A stretch of 64,000 bases of DNA, from NCBI GenBank assembly GCA_020833415.1, contig JAJHQJ010000001.1, positions 10,516 to 74,515 on the forward strand, written 5' to 3'. Shown here piece by piece: positions 19,289 to 27,900 of this stretch; positions within the stretch are counted from its first letter, which is position 1; every line of letters starts with the position of its first letter. The notes under the pieces were generated by a model. That model ran no database searches. It had not been told where the DNA came from and saw only the letters and a list, made by a program, of their open reading frames with translations. Both the position numbers and the translations under genes were made by a program. Source of the DNA: Desulfurococcaceae archaeon (lineage in GTDB: Archaea; Thermoproteota; Thermoprotei_A; Sulfolobales; NBVN01).

Positions 19289-19657
19289 TTAGTAGGACCC
19301 TATTAACAGGATCCTCTTGATGATCTCTACAACCCTACTTCTCCTCTTAGGTACGTTCACCGCGGCCTCCTCACCGTAGATCGCGGCTCTCAGTATCCTA
19401 ACCTGCTGATCGGAGATATCTACCGGCTCGATCCTCTCAGCTATGAAAATGAGTCTATCCAGCTCCTCCTCTGAGGCGTAGTCTAGGGGGGTCCCCCTCC
19501 TACCGCCCTCCTCCCAGCGTTTGTAGAGCTCTGAGACTATGCCCACAGCCTCCTCGTTCGAGTAGAAGGCGACCTTCCTCCAGGGCTCTGCACTCAGATC
19601 TACTAGGCTCATGAGCTTCCTCTTCTTACTCTCCAAGCTGGAGTTCGTTACCAGCAC
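19289..19657 (-). CDS. hypothetical protein
   Basis: 122-aa ORF with ordinary composition. Its stop codon overlaps the right-hand direct repeat of IS copy 1. Confidence 0.4.
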   Translation of the reverse strand: MLVTNSSLESKKRKLMSLVDLSAEPWRKVAFYSNEEAVGIVSELYKRWEEGGRRGTPLDYASEEELDRLIFIAERIEPVDISDQQVRILRAAIYGEEAAVNVPKRRSRVVEIIKRILLIGSY

Positions 19658-19700
19658 CCAAGTTTATTAACTTTCGAATGTAATAAATCCCCGGTAGGTC

Positions 19701-20378
19701 TTGAGCGTTGAGCAGAGAATCCTTAGGTACCTAAGGGAGAACCCCGGGGCGACGCCTAGGGCTATAGCCGACGCTCTCGGTATCTCCCTTACACAGGTAC
19801 GTGTAGTACTCAACAGGTTGCGTGACCTAGGTTACGTAACGAGAGTTCCGGGTGGTGGCTACTACGCGAGAGCTATGCAGAGTCCGGCTAACGCCTCAGA
19901 GGTAGAGGTGGAGGGTACCTCGGCTACACCTACACCCACAGGGGTTCTCGACGTCGTAAAGGGGTTGGAGAGCGAGGTTAGGGAGTTACGCCAGCGCTTA
20001 GAGAAGCTTGAGAAGGAGGTCCGCGAGCTGAGGATCGCGGTCGAGTCTCTAGGTAGGACTAGGGTGCAACAGTCTCAGGAGCAGCTACAGGATAGGTTTA
20101 CCAAGGAGGTTAAGGCTAGGAAGGTACTCAAGCTATCCGAGGCCCTGGCTATAGCCTCCAAACCCTTAGATGAGTACGTTAAGGCCGGGGTTGTTAAGGT
20201 CTTCGCAGATCTAGTTGTAGATAGGGAGTTCTTCGAGGAGTTCTCCAGGAAGTTCCCCATAAAGAAGGCGCAGCTCAACGAACTTAGTGATATGGAGAGG
20301 GAGCTACTAAACTCTCTAATAAAGGAGGGGTTGGTCTACCTTTACGGAGGTAGGGAGTACAGGCTCTCGAAACCCTGA
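19701..20378 (+). CDS. winged-helix (MarR/ArsR-like) DNA-binding protein with coiled-coil
   Basis: ILRYLRENPGATPRAIADALGISLTQVRVVLNRLRDLGYV, then a heptad region ELRQRLEKLEKEVRELR. Confidence 0.5.
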   Translation: MSVEQRILRYLRENPGATPRAIADALGISLTQVRVVLNRLRDLGYVTRVPGGGYYARAMQSPANASEVEVEGTSATPTPTGVLDVVKGLESEVRELRQRLEKLEKEVRELRIAVESLGRTRVQQSQEQLQDRFTKEVKARKVLKLSEALAIASKPLDEYVKAGVVKVFADLVVDREFFEEFSRKFPIKKAQLNELSDMERELLNSLIKEGLVYLYGGREYRLSKP

Positions 20379-20428
20379 AGAACTTCTAAACCCCCGACCT
20401 GCGCTAGGGGGCCTCAGTCTAGGGAACC

Positions 20429-20944
20429 CTAGTGTCTGAGACCTCTTAACTCAGCTATGAGGTGCCTAACCTCCGGTAGTATGAGCTTAGTTAGAGCCGT
20501 TTCAACAGCCTCCGGAGAACCCGGGACGGCGAAGACCAGTCCATCCCCCACCGCACAGGCTGTAGCTCTAGTAGCTAGGGCAGCAGTACCGTACCTTAGG
20601 TAGGTTAGGTATCTGAAGAGTTCTCCAAAACCCGGTATGTCCTTACTACACATAGGTCTTAGTACGTCAACTGTTACATCCCTAGCCCCGAGCCCCGTCC
20701 CCCCCGTAGCTAGGACGACATCGCACTTAGCTAGGAGGGTTCTCAACGCCCTCTCGATGTCTGCGGGCCTGTTCGGGGTTACGGTAGTCTCCCCCAGCTT
20801 AATACCGTACTCTGGGAGGATACTGGCCACTAAGGGGGTGACCCTGTCGTTAGTCAGACCTTGGAGTACCTTATCGCTTGTCACTAGTAGGCACAGGGTC
20901 ACCTCCAGGTGCTCTGATACCCTTCTATGCTCTTCGACAGGCAC
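20429..20944 (-). CDS. moaB: molybdenum cofactor biosynthesis protein MoaB/MogA family
   Basis: GGTGLGARDVT motif; 171 aa. Confidence 0.8.
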   Translation of the reverse strand: MPVEEHRRVSEHLEVTLCLLVTSDKVLQGLTNDRVTPLVASILPEYGIKLGETTVTPNRPADIERALRTLLAKCDVVLATGGTGLGARDVTVDVLRPMCSKDIPGFGELFRYLTYLRYGTAALATRATACAVGDGLVFAVPGSPEAVETALTKLILPEVRHLIAELRGLRH

Positions 20945-20983
20945 AGCCCATCCCTAGGGTGGACTCACTACGGGCCCTCCCGA

Positions 20984-21451
20984 CTACTTGGGTACTCTCC
21001 TACTGTAGAGTTCAGCTATATCGTAGCCGAAGAGTTCTCGGAACCTCCTCCTACCCTCCTCAGTCATGCGGCTGGGGTCCCACGGAGGGTCGAGGACTAT
21101 ATCTACGTTCACTTCGTTGATCTCCTTAAGGTCTGCAAGTTCCCTATAAAGAGCTTCCTGGACTTGGTAGATTATTAGGGACGAGACCGGACACGCGGGG
21201 GCTGTTAGGGTCATCCTAATTCTAACAATCCCCCTCTCTTCATCTACATCTATACCGTAGACTAATCCAAGGTCCCATACACTGATAGGTATCTCCGGGT
21301 CGTACACGGTACTCAAGGCCTTTTTAACCCTTTCAACTACCTGGGCTTTGTCGAGTACCACCTTTAACACCATTAATGTGTAGTACAGTATCTTATAAGT
21401 TGTAGGTACTTTGGTGTGAGTGAAAGGTTTATTACTTACCGTATCCAACAC
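20984..21451 (-). CDS. DUF59 / MIP18-family Fe-S assembly protein (SufT/PaaD-like)
   Basis: VYDPEIPISVWDLGLVY ... TLTAPACP motif. The real start is probably the internal Met near 21373. Confidence 0.75.
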   Translation of the reverse strand: MLDTVSNKPFTHTKVPTTYKILYYTLMVLKVVLDKAQVVERVKKALSTVYDPEIPISVWDLGLVYGIDVDEERGIVRIRMTLTAPACPVSSLIIYQVQEALYRELADLKEINEVNVDIVLDPPWDPSRMTEEGRRRFRELFGYDIAELYSRRVPK

Positions 21452-21472
21452 GAGGTAGGTACGTAGTGGGAG

Positions 21473-23029
21473 ATGGACGGCAGTACAGGTAGGGGAGTAA
21501 GAACAGCTGGGGAGGAGGTGGTAGTACCGGATACTACCGTTATCTACAATGGAGTCCTTAGAAGGTTGATTATGGAGGGGGTGGTGAGGAGCGTTATAGC
21601 TATTCCTAAGGAGCTGATACAGTTCTTCGACAGGATGGTTAGGGAGGGTAAGGCTCTAGGTATGGTAGCTTTAGAGGAGTTAAGGTTAATTAGGAGTCTT
21701 GCTGAGCGCTACGGAATTGAGATTAGGACTGCTACTATAGGTAGGAGGGTTGAGGAGGATATAGATACCTTAATTAGGGAGTTTGCCTACGAGAATGGCT
21801 ATACCCTAGTTACCTCATCAAGACCTCAGAAGTTATCTGCAGAGGTACTTGGGGTTAAGGTTGTCTATAGAGAGCCTGAGAGGATTCAACTCAAGGAACT
21901 CGAGAAGTACTTCGTAGGAAACGTTATGAGCGTCCACCTAAAGGAGGGGGCCCCACCGATGGTTAAGAAGGGTTACCCAGGTAGGTGGACTTTAGAGAAG
22001 GTCTCAGATACTCCCTTAACAAGGGAGGAGATAGAGGGCCTTGCGGAGGAGATAATCGAGGCTACTAAGACTCTTCAGGATGCTGTGATAGAGATTGAGA
22101 GACCTGGGTCGACTATAATACAGCTAGGGGACTATAGGATAATAGTGACTAGGCCTCCTATGAGCGATGGCTGGGAGATAACGGCCGTGAGACCGCTAGT
22201 AAGGCCTAGACTCGAGGACTACAACCTCCCTGAGAAGCTCCTAGCTAGACTTAGGGAGAGGGCTGAGGGGATAGTAATCGCCGGGGCCCCCGGTATGGGG
22301 AAGACGACCTTCGCCCAGGCCCTTGCAGAGTACTACGTTAGGTTGGGGAAGATAGTTAAGACCGTGGAGTCTCCGCGCGATATGAGACTACCACCTCAGG
22401 CTACCCAGTACTCCAAGGTCTACGCCTCCCCAGAGGAGCTACACGACATACTGCTACTGAGTAGACCTGACTACACGATCTTCGATGAGATGAGGAATGA
22501 CGAGGACTTCAAGCTGTACGTAGACCTAAGGCTAGCAGGTATAGGGATGGTCGGGGTGGTACACGCCTCCTCACCTATAGACGCTATACAGAGGTTCATA
22601 GGTAGGGTAGATATAGGTATGCTACCATCCGTAGTCGACACCCTAATCTTCATAGACTCGGGGCAGGTTAGGAAGGTCTACGCCCTAGATATAACGGTTA
22701 GACTACCGACAGGACTCAGGGAGGCTGACCTAGCTAGACCCGTAGTTGAGGTAAGGGATGCCTTAACAGGTGAGCTGGAGTACGAGATATACACCTTCGG
22801 TGAGCAGACTACGGTAGTACCAGTTAAGAAGGTAATCGCATCGACGTTGGGGAAGAGTGTGGAGAGCCTTATAAAGTCGTACCTACCGTCAGCCGAGGTA
22901 GTATACGAAGGGGAGAGGATCACCATTAGAGTCCCCAGGGAGGAGGCTAAGAACCTAAGTAAGATAAGGCGAAGATTGAAGAGGATTAAAGAGCAACTCG
23001 GGGCGGAAGTATCAATAGAGGTAACCTAG
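21473..23029 (+). CDS. PIN-domain / PilT-like ATPase / KH-domain protein (COG1855-like)
   Basis: N-terminal VVPDTTVIYNG (PIN-like), Walker A GAPGMGKTT, C-terminal KH-like segment. Confidence 0.7.
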   Translation: MDGSTGRGVRTAGEEVVVPDTTVIYNGVLRRLIMEGVVRSVIAIPKELIQFFDRMVREGKALGMVALEELRLIRSLAERYGIEIRTATIGRRVEEDIDTLIREFAYENGYTLVTSSRPQKLSAEVLGVKVVYREPERIQLKELEKYFVGNVMSVHLKEGAPPMVKKGYPGRWTLEKVSDTPLTREEIEGLAEEIIEATKTLQDAVIEIERPGSTIIQLGDYRIIVTRPPMSDGWEITAVRPLVRPRLEDYNLPEKLLARLRERAEGIVIAGAPGMGKTTFAQALAEYYVRLGKIVKTVESPRDMRLPPQATQYSKVYASPEELHDILLLSRPDYTIFDEMRNDEDFKLYVDLRLAGIGMVGVVHASSPIDAIQRFIGRVDIGMLPSVVDTLIFIDSGQVRKVYALDITVRLPTGLREADLARPVVEVRDALTGELEYEIYTFGEQTTVVPVKKVIASTLGKSVESLIKSYLPSAEVVYEGERITIRVPREEAKNLSKIRRRLKRIKEQLGAEVSIEVT

Positions 23030-23440
23030 GGATACTCGCGAGACTTCAGCAAGTAGCTGTAGAAAAGAATAGCGTTGGACTTTATATACAGAACTTGGAA
23101 TACTGAAATACGTGTGTTATAGGGAGTGTTAGTATGAGCTTTAGAGGTCTACCGAATTTACTGAAGGAGTGTAGGCTTTTAAACATTTCTAGCTCTATAC
23201 GCTACTGGAGAGCTCCTCCTAGCCTTAACCCTTCTCACCATAGCCTTAAGAAGGAGGTTTGAGAGCGGGCCTTCACGAAATTAAGTCAATGAAATCTTAG
23301 AGTCATACAGCAGATATAGTCTCAGCGGCTGTGAGGTACGATTCATAATGACCTAAGCCGGCTTAGCTTATGAAGCGATCTCCTATCGACGACCTAAGCG
23401 CCGCGGAACGTTTAACCTTAGTAAGACTGGTGAGCTAACT

Positions 23441-23553
23441 GAGATAGGGGTAAAGGACCGAAGGCCCGGGCTTGGGTCGAACCTCAGGAGGGATGTAATC
23501 TCAAACCTCCTCGCCTAGGAAACTCTCACCTCTCTTAGGGTGGGGAAGGGTTG
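23441..23553 (+). repeat. intergenic repeat block homologous to 60693-60813
   Basis: Roughly two-thirds identity by eye over ~115 nt (ggcccggg..ttg..gaacc.tca..ggatgta...aacctcc.cgcct.ag.gaaac.ctc.cc). Ends in a hairpin with a compensatory G-C to A-T change. Lies 18 nt from the tRNA-Thr(CGU) 3' end. Confidence 0.55.
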
Positions 23554-23570
23554 TGAACTTAAGAGGAGTT

Positions 23571-23647
23571 TGGAGCCGCCGGCGGGATTCGAACCCGCGA
23601 CCACCGGCTTACGAGGCCGGCGCTCTACCGGGCTGAGCTACGGCGGC
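23571..23647 (-). tRNA. tRNA-Thr (anticodon CGU), CCA encoded
   Basis: Acceptor GCCGCCG/CGGCGGC, anticodon stem CCGGC/GCCGG, loop CTCGTAA, T-arm GCGGG-TTCGAAT-CCCGC, then T-CCA. Confidence 0.9.
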
Positions 23648-23722
23648 TCCGTTTGAGTAAAACCCGGTAGAACCTTATAAGGTTTGCAGCTATCTCTAGG
23701 TTAACCTAGTGCTATCTCTACT

Positions 23723-25450
23723 TTAGAGGGTTAGGAGTAGTGCTGCCGGTATCACTATGCCTGTCGTAATTAGCGTAACTACGAGAAGTCTTGCGGTTAG
23801 TTTACCGAGGGAGTCCACTAGCTGGGTTAGTTTCCATACACTATCTCCGGCCAGTTCTACATCTGAGAATATGTGCTCTAGAGTTACGTACCTAGCCGGT
23901 GCCTCGCTCTCTACGGCGTCATCAAGAGCCTTCAGTATAGCTTGGTAAAGGTACTCGCAGTCTGAGACTACGTGGTAGGGTTTCTCCTTGAAGGACGCGG
24001 CACAGCTGTGGTCGTCCGGTGTTACCACTAGCGGTTCCTCAATACCCCTCTCCCTAAGTAGAGCAACGATCTTCTCCCTAGTTTCAGCACTCATGTTATT
24101 ACCGTAGACGTAGACTATCGCGTACCTAGTTCCGTCACTGTAGCGGAGTGTAGCTACCTTAACTCTATCGGAGCATAGCTCTCTACACATAACCCCGGAG
24201 GCCTCACCGTAACCTAGGTAGAACCCCTCTTCACTACAGCTACTGAGGTTCTGTAGCTTTTGAGTAAGGGAGTGGGGGATTTCGGATTCGCCAACTCTCT
24301 CCCCTTTAGCTGAGTGGGAGTCTGCTACCGCAACTAGGTTAAGGGATTTACTCTCAGCCTGAATCTCCTCACCGAGCTTCCAAAGGCTGTAAGGAAGGTC
24401 GTCGTTACCCCTCTCAATGTTCGTTAGGTACCCGATGAGAAGAGTCGGTCCTCTAATGACGTAGAGTTCCCACCCATTCTCTCTAACTACCTGTGGTCTG
24501 CAAAGACCCATCCTAGCTATTAGTGGACTATAACTACTTATCGTTGCTGCGACAGCCCCTGCTATCTCCAAGCTCTGAGTATAGGTAGCTACGTTCCTCT
24601 CATGCGATCCTGGGGTATGGAAGATTAGGGAGTCTATTACAGGACCCAGCCTCTCCTCTAGGAGGTAGGGGAACCTAGCCGAACCAATACTCCTAAAGGG
24701 GCCGAAGTGAAAACCTGGGTAGACTAGTGCTACTGGATTACCGGTCTCCCTAAAGAATACAACAACTTTAACACTTACCCTACTGCTTACTCCATAATTA
24801 CGGAATAGGTCCTCCAGAGCCTCACGATCTCCGAGGATCCAGGCCCTAGTAAAAGCTCTGATAGCCTTAATAGGTGACACCCCTCTCTTCCAGCCACACC
24901 TCTCTATGATGAAAATAGACGTAATTCCGGTAACTGAGGAGATTGTGGATGCTAGTAGGGCTGTAGCTAGAACCTCATACGGTAGGCTTAGACTAACTAC
25001 AGCCCTACCTAGGGTTGTTGCCAAGGCCGTCGAGGCCGTCGAGACAGCTACAGCCACGGGCACTCTCAAGAAAGCTACCAAGATGTACGTTAGGAAGCCT
25101 GAACCAGTCGAAAGCCCCACTCCAGCAAGGCCCCCAAATCTACCCAGGATTAGCTCAGCTGGGAGTATGGCTAGGAGTGTTACGAAGGTTAGGTTTAGGA
25201 GCCTTCTGGCGTTGAATACCCTAGTCCTTATGAGGGGCGATAATGTAGCTACGAACAGTAGTACCTCAAGGGAGTAGAGCTCAACGGCTTCGACTAGTCT
25301 AGTTGCGTCTAACGTTGGAAGAGTTAGTAAGGTAGAGTAGACAAGTATTAACACTATCACAAATGTTATAGATGTGGTAACTCTCGTTGGAGATGCCGTA
25401 ATTATCCTGTAGTACCTTCCTACAATGGCTTCGGTATTCACAAGAACCAC
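23723..25450 (-). CDS. large polytopic membrane protein with soluble C-terminal domain (DUF2070-like)
   Basis: 575 aa, about 6-7 N-terminal TM segments, a soluble domain, and one C-terminal TM. The DUF2070 call is from size and architecture only. Confidence 0.45.
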   Translation of the reverse strand: MVLVNTEAIVGRYYRIITASPTRVTTSITFVIVLILVYSTLLTLPTLDATRLVEAVELYSLEVLLFVATLSPLIRTRVFNARRLLNLTFVTLLAILPAELILGRFGGLAGVGLSTGSGFLTYILVAFLRVPVAVAVSTASTALATTLGRAVVSLSLPYEVLATALLASTISSVTGITSIFIIERCGWKRGVSPIKAIRAFTRAWILGDREALEDLFRNYGVSSRVSVKVVVFFRETGNPVALVYPGFHFGPFRSIGSARFPYLLEERLGPVIDSLIFHTPGSHERNVATYTQSLEIAGAVAATISSYSPLIARMGLCRPQVVRENGWELYVIRGPTLLIGYLTNIERGNDDLPYSLWKLGEEIQAESKSLNLVAVADSHSAKGERVGESEIPHSLTQKLQNLSSCSEEGFYLGYGEASGVMCRELCSDRVKVATLRYSDGTRYAIVYVYGNNMSAETREKIVALLRERGIEEPLVVTPDDHSCAASFKEKPYHVVSDCEYLYQAILKALDDAVESEAPARYVTLEHIFSDVELAGDSVWKLTQLVDSLGKLTARLLVVTLITTGIVIPAALLLTL

Positions 25451-25524
25451 CTGGGATTTAATGTAACCTGCAGCAATAGCGGGGGACTCACGCAGTTCCC
25501 CGTTTTGTGTATTCTGCGGGTGTT

Positions 25525-25737
25525 CTAGGTCCCCAGTTTTAGGGCGTACCTACCGGGTTTTACTATACCCAGTGCCTTAGCTAGCTGAGACCTTTCTACA
25601 TTGACTATAACCACCATACCAGACCACGCCTCAGTGAAAGAACTCGAACCGCAGGAAGGACACACAACGACTTCATGAGGTACTAGAAGCTTACACTTTG
25701 TGCAGGCCTTAAACGGTTTCCTAACCTGCTTAGGCAA
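25525..25737 (-). CDS. spt4: transcription elongation factor Spt4 (RNA polymerase subunit E'')
   Basis: Zn ribbon CTKC...CPSCG, about 65 aa, directly downstream of rpo7. Confidence 0.8.
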   Translation of the reverse strand: MPKQVRKPFKACTKCKLLVPHEVVVCPSCGSSSFTEAWSGMVVIVNVERSQLAKALGIVKPGRYALKLGT

Positions 25738-25743
25738 GTACTA

Positions 25744-26271
25744 TCACCCTAGTGATACCTTTCCTAGACCCGGCTGTCTCATAGTCATAGCTATCTTAAG
25801 AATAGATGGCCTGGATAGTGATACTGCAGTTATTCTACCGCGGACCACATCCCCCTTACTAAACCTGACCTTAGTCTCCTCACCTTCGAGTACGCTCATC
25901 TCCTCCCTATAGATCATCCTATCGTCACTTACCTGCGATATATGTACTAAAGCATCTACAGGCCCTATATTAACGAAGAGTCCGATCTTCTTCACATCAA
26001 CTACTATACCTGTAACTACCTCGTTGACTACAGGGTAGAAGGTTAGTAGCTCTACGATAGCCCTGTGGTACGTCGCCCCGTCACCGGGAATTATTGTTCC
26101 CTCAGGCTCTACCTCTACGTCAGTAACTGCGAGTATAAGTCCGAGGTCTGGGCTAAGGGTCCCCACATACTTCTCAGTAAGTACATCACTAGCAACCTTA
26201 GTTATATCCTCCCCGAACTTATCCGGAGGGATTCTCACTACATCCTCTACTTTAACCAGCCTCAGCATCAC
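25744..26271 (-). CDS. rpo7: DNA-directed RNA polymerase subunit Rpo7 (E')
   Basis: N-terminal RNP-like domain plus S1 domain. Conserved rpo7-spt4 pair. Confidence 0.8.
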   Translation of the reverse strand: MMLRLVKVEDVVRIPPDKFGEDITKVASDVLTEKYVGTLSPDLGLILAVTDVEVEPEGTIIPGDGATYHRAIVELLTFYPVVNEVVTGIVVDVKKIGLFVNIGPVDALVHISQVSDDRMIYREEMSVLEGEETKVRFSKGDVVRGRITAVSLSRPSILKIAMTMRQPGLGKVSLG

Positions 26272-26322
26272 TACTCGCTATAGTACACTGCGGTAGGGTA
26301 TTTAAGAGTATATTAGTTATCT

Positions 26323-27372
26323 CTACGTAATCTCCGAAAGCTCTACTAGAATAGGTTCGCTCAGAGATGGTGCATCTACTAGAGCCTCATCGAACCCCAG
26401 TCTACTTAGTAGAGAATACCTATCACTACTCAGGTTCATCGACCTAGCTATGGTCTGTATGTCCTCTGCTGATCTTAAGGTCTTCACTACCTTAATGTTG
26501 GTGTTATTCATAGCTTCGAAACCTAGTGCAGCTGGGGATTGGGTAATCACTATGAGGCCCATATTGAGCTTTCTAACCTCAGCTAGGTACCTAGCTAGAA
26601 GGTCCCCACGTGAGGCCACATTATGTGCCTCCTCAACTATAACGAATACCCTACCATCAAACAGCTTCCTCTCCTGAATGTACCTAATGGAGTTCAGGGT
26701 ACTGAGGACTGCTAGACGCTTAAGTTCTAGAACTCGTAGACTGCTTAGGTCTACAGATACACAGTTCCCCCTAGAGAGGAGCGTGCTGTTCAGCTTCTCT
26801 GGCGGAGCTATCCTGAGGAGCTTTCCGTACCTAACAAGAAACGAGAGCTTCCTAAGTAGAGAGGCCTTTGTTTCGATTTCCCACCTAGCTTCAGGTACGT
26901 AGGATTCTAGTAAGTCTAGTAGAAACTCTACGTTACTAGTCTTCCTCAGTACCTTAGTTAGTAGGTACGACTGTGGGGGTGTTAACTCTAGTACCTCCTC
27001 CAGTAATGAAACTACGTCTAAGGGATCCTCAACCGGGATCTCTACAGGCTCCTCCCTACCTATCCTTATCACCCTATCCGCGACATCACAGTACTCACCG
27101 TACCAGTCTAATACCACTACAGCACCGTGTCTAGACAGTAGCCTGGCCAACCTCTTAGCTAGGCTAGTCTTACCAGAGCCTGTAGATCCTACAATAAGGC
27201 AGTGACGTAGAACATCGTCTACACTTACAACTACGGGTAGCCTGAGGAAGTTCTTAGTTATGCCCAGTACAACCGTACCCTCAGATAAATGGTGCGGCCT
27301 TTCGTAAACCAGCTCCCTAACATCAACATTACACGACCTAAGGAACCTTACTATAAAGGGACTGTCCCGCAT
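26323..27372 (-). CDS. HerA/FtsK-like P-loop ATPase (DUF87-type)
   Basis: Walker A GSTGSGKTS, Walker B VFVIVEEAHN, VITQSP sensor-like motif. Confidence 0.6.
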   Translation of the reverse strand: MRDSPFIVRFLRSCNVDVRELVYERPHHLSEGTVVLGITKNFLRLPVVVSVDDVLRHCLIVGSTGSGKTSLAKRLARLLSRHGAVVVLDWYGEYCDVADRVIRIGREEPVEIPVEDPLDVVSLLEEVLELTPPQSYLLTKVLRKTSNVEFLLDLLESYVPEARWEIETKASLLRKLSFLVRYGKLLRIAPPEKLNSTLLSRGNCVSVDLSSLRVLELKRLAVLSTLNSIRYIQERKLFDGRVFVIVEEAHNVASRGDLLARYLAEVRKLNMGLIVITQSPAALGFEAMNNTNIKVVKTLRSAEDIQTIARSMNLSSDRYSLLSRLGFDEALVDAPSLSEPILVELSEIT

Positions 27373-27614
27373 TCGGATGGTATTACCCTAATATCATCGC
27401 CTAGGACATACTTAACTAAGGCAGCTAAACGCTCTGAACACGAAGTCTTAGAGTAGGTTTCAATGTAAACCCTGAGAAATCCTTCTGAGAACTCCTCTAC
27501 TACCCTAACTCTATTGGAGTTGCAGGCTGTAGTAGCGGCCCTAATCAGCTCTACAGCCTTCACTTCGACAGGTCTCCTAGAGTATATCCATAGGGTTTCA
27601 CAGATCAGTAGCAC
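27351..27614 (-). CDS. small hypothetical protein overlapping the start of the HerA-like ATPase
   Basis: 87-aa ORF with a 22-nt overlap with the downstream ATPase gene. No motif recognised. Confidence 0.35.
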   Translation of the reverse strand: MLLICETLWIYSRRPVEVKAVELIRAATTACNSNRVRVVEEFSEGFLRVYIETYSKTSCSERLAALVKYVLGDDIRVIPSECGTVPL

Positions 27615-27900
27615 CCCCAGTTAATAGTAGCTTATAAAGAGCTAGCTTCTTTCCATTGTGAATGGTAAGGGTTTCTGCCTACCCCTCCTAAGCAGGTACA
27701 GAGTGCTCATAGGTCAAGGTAGTGGAGTATATTGTATATCTTAGTTAGAAACCCCCTGTCTCAGCTATCTACAGACATAAGCCCGTTATGGCAATACGGA
27801 AATCTAGCTGAGAAGTAGCCCCTTTCTAAGCGATGGACTCCGGTAAGTTGGAGGTGAGGGCGGTTGAGACATATAGGCCATTACGAAGTTGTCGGTAAGT

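Larger units (their letters stand above)
17317..19293 (+). mobile_element. IS607-type insertion sequence (IS200/IS605 superfamily), copy 1
   Basis: A tnpA (serine recombinase) plus tnpB pair is bracketed by a perfect 10-bp direct repeat GGAGGTTAGT (17317-17326 and 19284-19293). Lower GC than its flanks. Inserted between convergent gene ends. Confidence 0.75.

Noticed and set aside
21473-23029. PIN-domain protein as a toxin-antitoxin or defence component
   Set aside because: The architecture (PIN plus PilT-like ATPase plus KH, 518 aa) matches the widely conserved archaeal COG1855 housekeeping family. There is no adjacent antitoxin-like gene.
23030-23647. Integrated virus or plasmid at tRNA-Thr(CGU)
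   Set aside because: No integrase, no recognisable duplicate of the tRNA 3' half, and only 540 nt of non-coding sequence. It is kept only as a possible scar in the findings.
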